64,000 bases of DNA, taken from Flectonema sp. DT1601. Its lineage: Eukaryota. Within the stretch, counting starts at the first letter, position 1. Each line of letters opens with the position of its first letter. Below are positions 60,247 to 64,000 of this stretch, piece after piece. Location: contig OZ025793.1 in NCBI GenBank assembly GCA_964019425.1, positions 992,001 through 1,056,000 of the forward strand, in the 5' to 3' direction. Made by a program: the position numbers and the translations under genes. Below the pieces are notes generated by a model. That model did no database searches and had not been told where the DNA came from. It was given only the letters and a program-made list of their open reading frames with translations.

Positions 60247-60956
60247 ATGAGTGATTGGGAAGAGTCTTCTCGTCACTACCTCCAACTTCACCAAATTTGG
60301 AAAATCTGGGAAAAGATAACACACGACTTAGTCCATGATAAGCCAACTAATGTTTTAGATTTTATGATCAGACAGTTGGAGACAATGAAATTACAAAAAG
60401 ATGTCCCTGGAAAGAGACTCCTACTTCTGGTTGGTGGACCTGGTAGTCAGATTGAAGAAATAGCGAATGACTTATGCAACGATACTTCATGTAAATCATT
60501 ATCTGGAGAGAAATTAATAGAAGCTGCTGGTGGAGGCGGCAACGCTGAGGAAGTAGCTCTTCAGGTTAGGAGCAATTTACTCAGTCATCAGATTAACAAA
60601 GGGGTTTTTATACTATATGGGTATCCTTTAACGATAGCTCAAGCGTTGTTAACTGAAATTCAAGTTACTCCAGCGTCGTTATGTGTTTATGTGTCTGTTC
60701 CGAATTCTCAGCAGGCAACTGCAACTGGTCGTTCTGAAAAAGAAATAACAGACTACATGAATAGTGATGTCCTTCCTGTTGTTGAATATTATAAGGCCAG
60801 AAAGACACTATTCACTATCGATAAATCTGAACCGAATTGGTACTCAGGGTTATTAAAAGCAACTGAAGAGCAGAAAAAGTATGTAACTCACATCATTTAA
60901 AAAAAAAAAAACCCCAAACACAATAAACTAAAATACACAAAAACAGACTTATATAA
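60247..60956 (+). CDS. Adenylate-kinase-like protein with N-terminal D/D (RIIa/Dpy-30-like) domain, probably degenerate
   Basis: YLQLHQI..ITHDLVHDKPTNVLDFMI D/D motif, P-loop remnant LLVGGPGSQ, and FILYGYP..IAQA. Intron 60879-60946 precedes the stop. Confidence 0.75.
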
Positions 60957-61087
60957 CACAAAGTCATTAATATTGTATCCTCTGTGAATATTTACAAAAA
61001 TGATGAATAAAAGATTATTTCCTTAGCATTTTTATCGACATATTTTTTTTATTTTTCATCTCCCAAGTCCTCCCATCTCCACTCGAT

Positions 61088-64000
61088 ATGGATGTCGAAG
61101 ATGAAGCCGCGAGAGTAATTCAACGCTCATACAGAGGCTTTAAAAATGAAAATCGAAAAAGACGTTTTAGCAGGAGAGCATCAATGCGTAAAAGTCTGAG
61201 TGGAGACACTGATGACGCATCGTCTCTGGGTGAACTACCCAGTGTAGATGAGTGTTTCATGCAATTACTAAGTGCCGTTGATGATGAAGAAGTGTATTTA
61301 ACCCTGCAGGACATCGAAGAACATAGTGAGGGTATTAATCAAGTTAGAATGGAGATTATAAAAATAATAGTAACAAATTCTGATGTAATGATTTTTTTAA
61401 CAGCGGCATACAAACGTACGACTCAACCTACCCTGAGACAAGTGATGCTTTCTGTTGTCACTAATATTGTGTTGGCTGCTGTTGATTTACCTGTGAGGCA
61501 GCAATTGCTTTCTCTCGTGAGTGACATCTTGCTTCATGGACTGTCGTCTTCACATCAAAACACAATAATTCATACTCTATGTTGTTTATATTCTTTCCTG
61601 ACGGCACCTTCGATTTCATCAGAGAAGTTCTCTTCATCGATTGCAGAAACAGCATCTGAATTAGGACATATCGAACGCTGTTTTGCTTTATTTAATATTG
61701 CTTCACTGATGAAAAATCCACTACTACTGACAGGCATATGTAATGTGATGTCAATTGTGGTGAAAGAAGAGACTCATGCGAAGGGTTTTATTGGAAGGAA
61801 ACTTCTAAAACCAATCCACGTTATTTTATCTGAAATTGTCGAAGAGGATGATGAAAAGCTTAAAGAGGGAAAATATTCATCAGAACTATGTGACTCTGTC
61901 GCATTACTCCTCGCGACTCTTGGTTCTCATTGTAGTCTTACATTGCAAGTAGATGGCGATGTGGAATTGTACTTGTCGTTAGTAACTTGCAATTTTAATT
62001 ATTGTCGCACATCATTAGTACTCAATCTTATTGTAGAGCGTTACAATAACAGTGGCGAGGGAGAATCTGCTGACTTTCTGCAACACATCAGAGATTGCGA
62101 CGACAGTGAGAAAGCTATACTGACTTCATTACACAATTTTAGTACTCCTGATAGCGACATTCAGATAATGAGTAGATTTATAAATATATTTTTATACGAA
62201 GAAGATGTGAATTCAATCAAAGGTAAGAACGACAGCGTGTTTGGAGATCAGTTTTGTAGAAAAGTTTTGAGAGGCTTATTACAAATTATTAAATCAAAAT
62301 CGAAGGGTGATTCTCGCCTACCCAAACCCAGATCATATTTTGTCTTATTATCATGTCTAAGAAAACTAACAAAATTTTGTGAGCATGCAGCTTATTGTTT
62401 AGTTGATGATGATACTGGTTCTGTGTTGTCTGTGGATGATGTTTTTCATCTTCATTCATTCCTGTCTAAGACAGGAACTGGTAGCCAATCAAAATTAGAT
62501 TACGCAGCGTACCTCACTCTACTGTCAGTAATAAGAAATATTTATTGTTCGGGTGATTTATCGTTCAACTCTCAACTTCGATCTTGTGGCATAGAACCAG
62601 ACCCTTCACTAAATAGTAAGTTATCACAATCTGATTTATTATACGTCAACGGTGATATCGACGTGATTGCTGATGCGGGTGCGTTCGTTCGATGTTGTAT
62701 TAAAATTCAGGTATGTTCAGTGATTTCTTCCTCTTATCCTTAAAACATTCACCAACATCCACCAACAAACACAGGCATTCTACAGAGGAATATTAGGCCG
62801 CCGACGTGCAGCAGAACATCGCAAAGGAGATACCTTTTTACTAAATAAAAGTACTCACTTGCTCAAAACTCATAAAGATGGTTCCACTGAAATGCAACTG
62901 GAAGAACATGAAGAACGAAGTAAGGCTGCTGAATCTTTTGAGGAAGAATGGGAAATTATAGTAACTGGTTCCAGACATATTGAATTCCAAAGAACTCTTC
63001 TGCGTAAAGAAATATCATTGAGGAATAACCAAGCCAGGCAGAAGTTATTATATACTCACGAGTCAAATCGTGGTGAGTTAGTGCTGCAAGAAAAGGAGAC
63101 GTTGTCAAAGCTAAGCAACCTTCATGTTGCTGAACTCGAAGAGATAAAAGACAGCGAACAAGATGCGATGCAACTTCCAGATGACCAACGTCAAATAGTA
63201 TTGACATCTCTTAGTAATAGAAAGGATTTGTTATTAAAACAACAACTACAGGCACGTGTTGATATGCGACATGCACTATCTCAACAACGCGATAAGCTAA
63301 CACAGGTATGTAGTCTTCCCTGAAGTACCATCATCTGTGTTGCAATCACAAAACTACTAAAACAGGTCTACGAAGCAGAACGCAACAGAATGGTTCACAC
63401 ACAAGACAAATACTACGACTATCATATTATTGAAATCGAGGAAGAAAGGTATCGTGGACTGGGTCAATCAGACAGAGAGTCATGGTGGGGGAGTTGTAGT
63501 CTATTAGAAACAAACATCATATCTGTTTACCAAGAAGAAATGAATACCTGGCTCCACATGTCGTTATTTATAATAGGCGACAGCGTGTTGTTTGCTAACG
63601 AATCTTATAAAAGAGAACAACATGAACGACAAGAAAAAATAATCAGATTTGACTTGTCTCGTGAAGTCAGATCTGACATTCACTTTCATCAACAGAAAGC
63701 AGTCTTAACTCAAGAGAGTGAATTAAGATCAGCCATCGTTGATAATTGGGATTGTGACATCTCTAATACTACTATACCAGACTTGGAGTATCTTAAAAGA
63801 TGGTTTCGAGCCTGTAAGGAAGTCAGCAATCACTTGGACAGAACTGAAAGTGAATTTCAAGAACAACTTCATCGACTGACCGTATCAGAAATTGAATCTC
63901 GTTTACAAATAGAACTAACATCAACATACAACCGAACTATGACATGGATGTCTGCGCATCATGTTGCTGCAATGCAACTGTTGCCAGTTGAAGAATCGAC
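61088..64000 (+). CDS. IQ-motif / ARM-like / coiled-coil protein (IQCB1-like layout), runs off the window end
   Basis: IQ motifs AARVIQRSYRGF and CCIKIQ|AFYRGILGRRR, the latter split by intron 62711-62774. Intron 63306-63365 follows and the frame appears open to the window end. Confidence 0.8.

Overview
Eukaryotic genomic DNA, most likely a euglenozoan and probably a diplonemid (inference). All ~20 protein genes lie on the + strand like a directional/polycistronic cluster, they carry short GT-AG cis-introns, and one encodes a BILBO1-type protein. The window opens in a tandem ~300-bp array that is a cluster of two box C/D snoRNAs; one resembles SNORD104/snR58. Genes include a TBC1D19-like RabGAP, a PX protein, a BILBO1-like EF-hand/coiled-coil protein, a UBL-ankyrin protein, a compact BIRC6-type E2, an O-fucosyltransferase, two diverging Cys-rich secreted paralogs, a PXK-like PX/pseudokinase/polyPro/WH2 protein, a PPR protein, an adenylate-kinase-like protein and an IQ/ARM protein. 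The standout is a ~4,120-aa giant (24208-36701). It is a rewired midasin-like six-AAA+ ring with an N-terminal SH3b-like domain, a SPRY domain inserted in the ring, an R-S-E-type ADP-ribosyltransferase domain in place of the midasin linker, a degenerate VWA/MIDAS and C-terminal SPRY-like repeats, making it a candidate immune/conflict effector. Also notable: introns with A-rich (non-pyrimidine) acceptors, and a twice-repeated 47-nt putative pseudoknot ~440 nt downstream of two stop codons. All domain calls are by eye from motifs; no searches were run.
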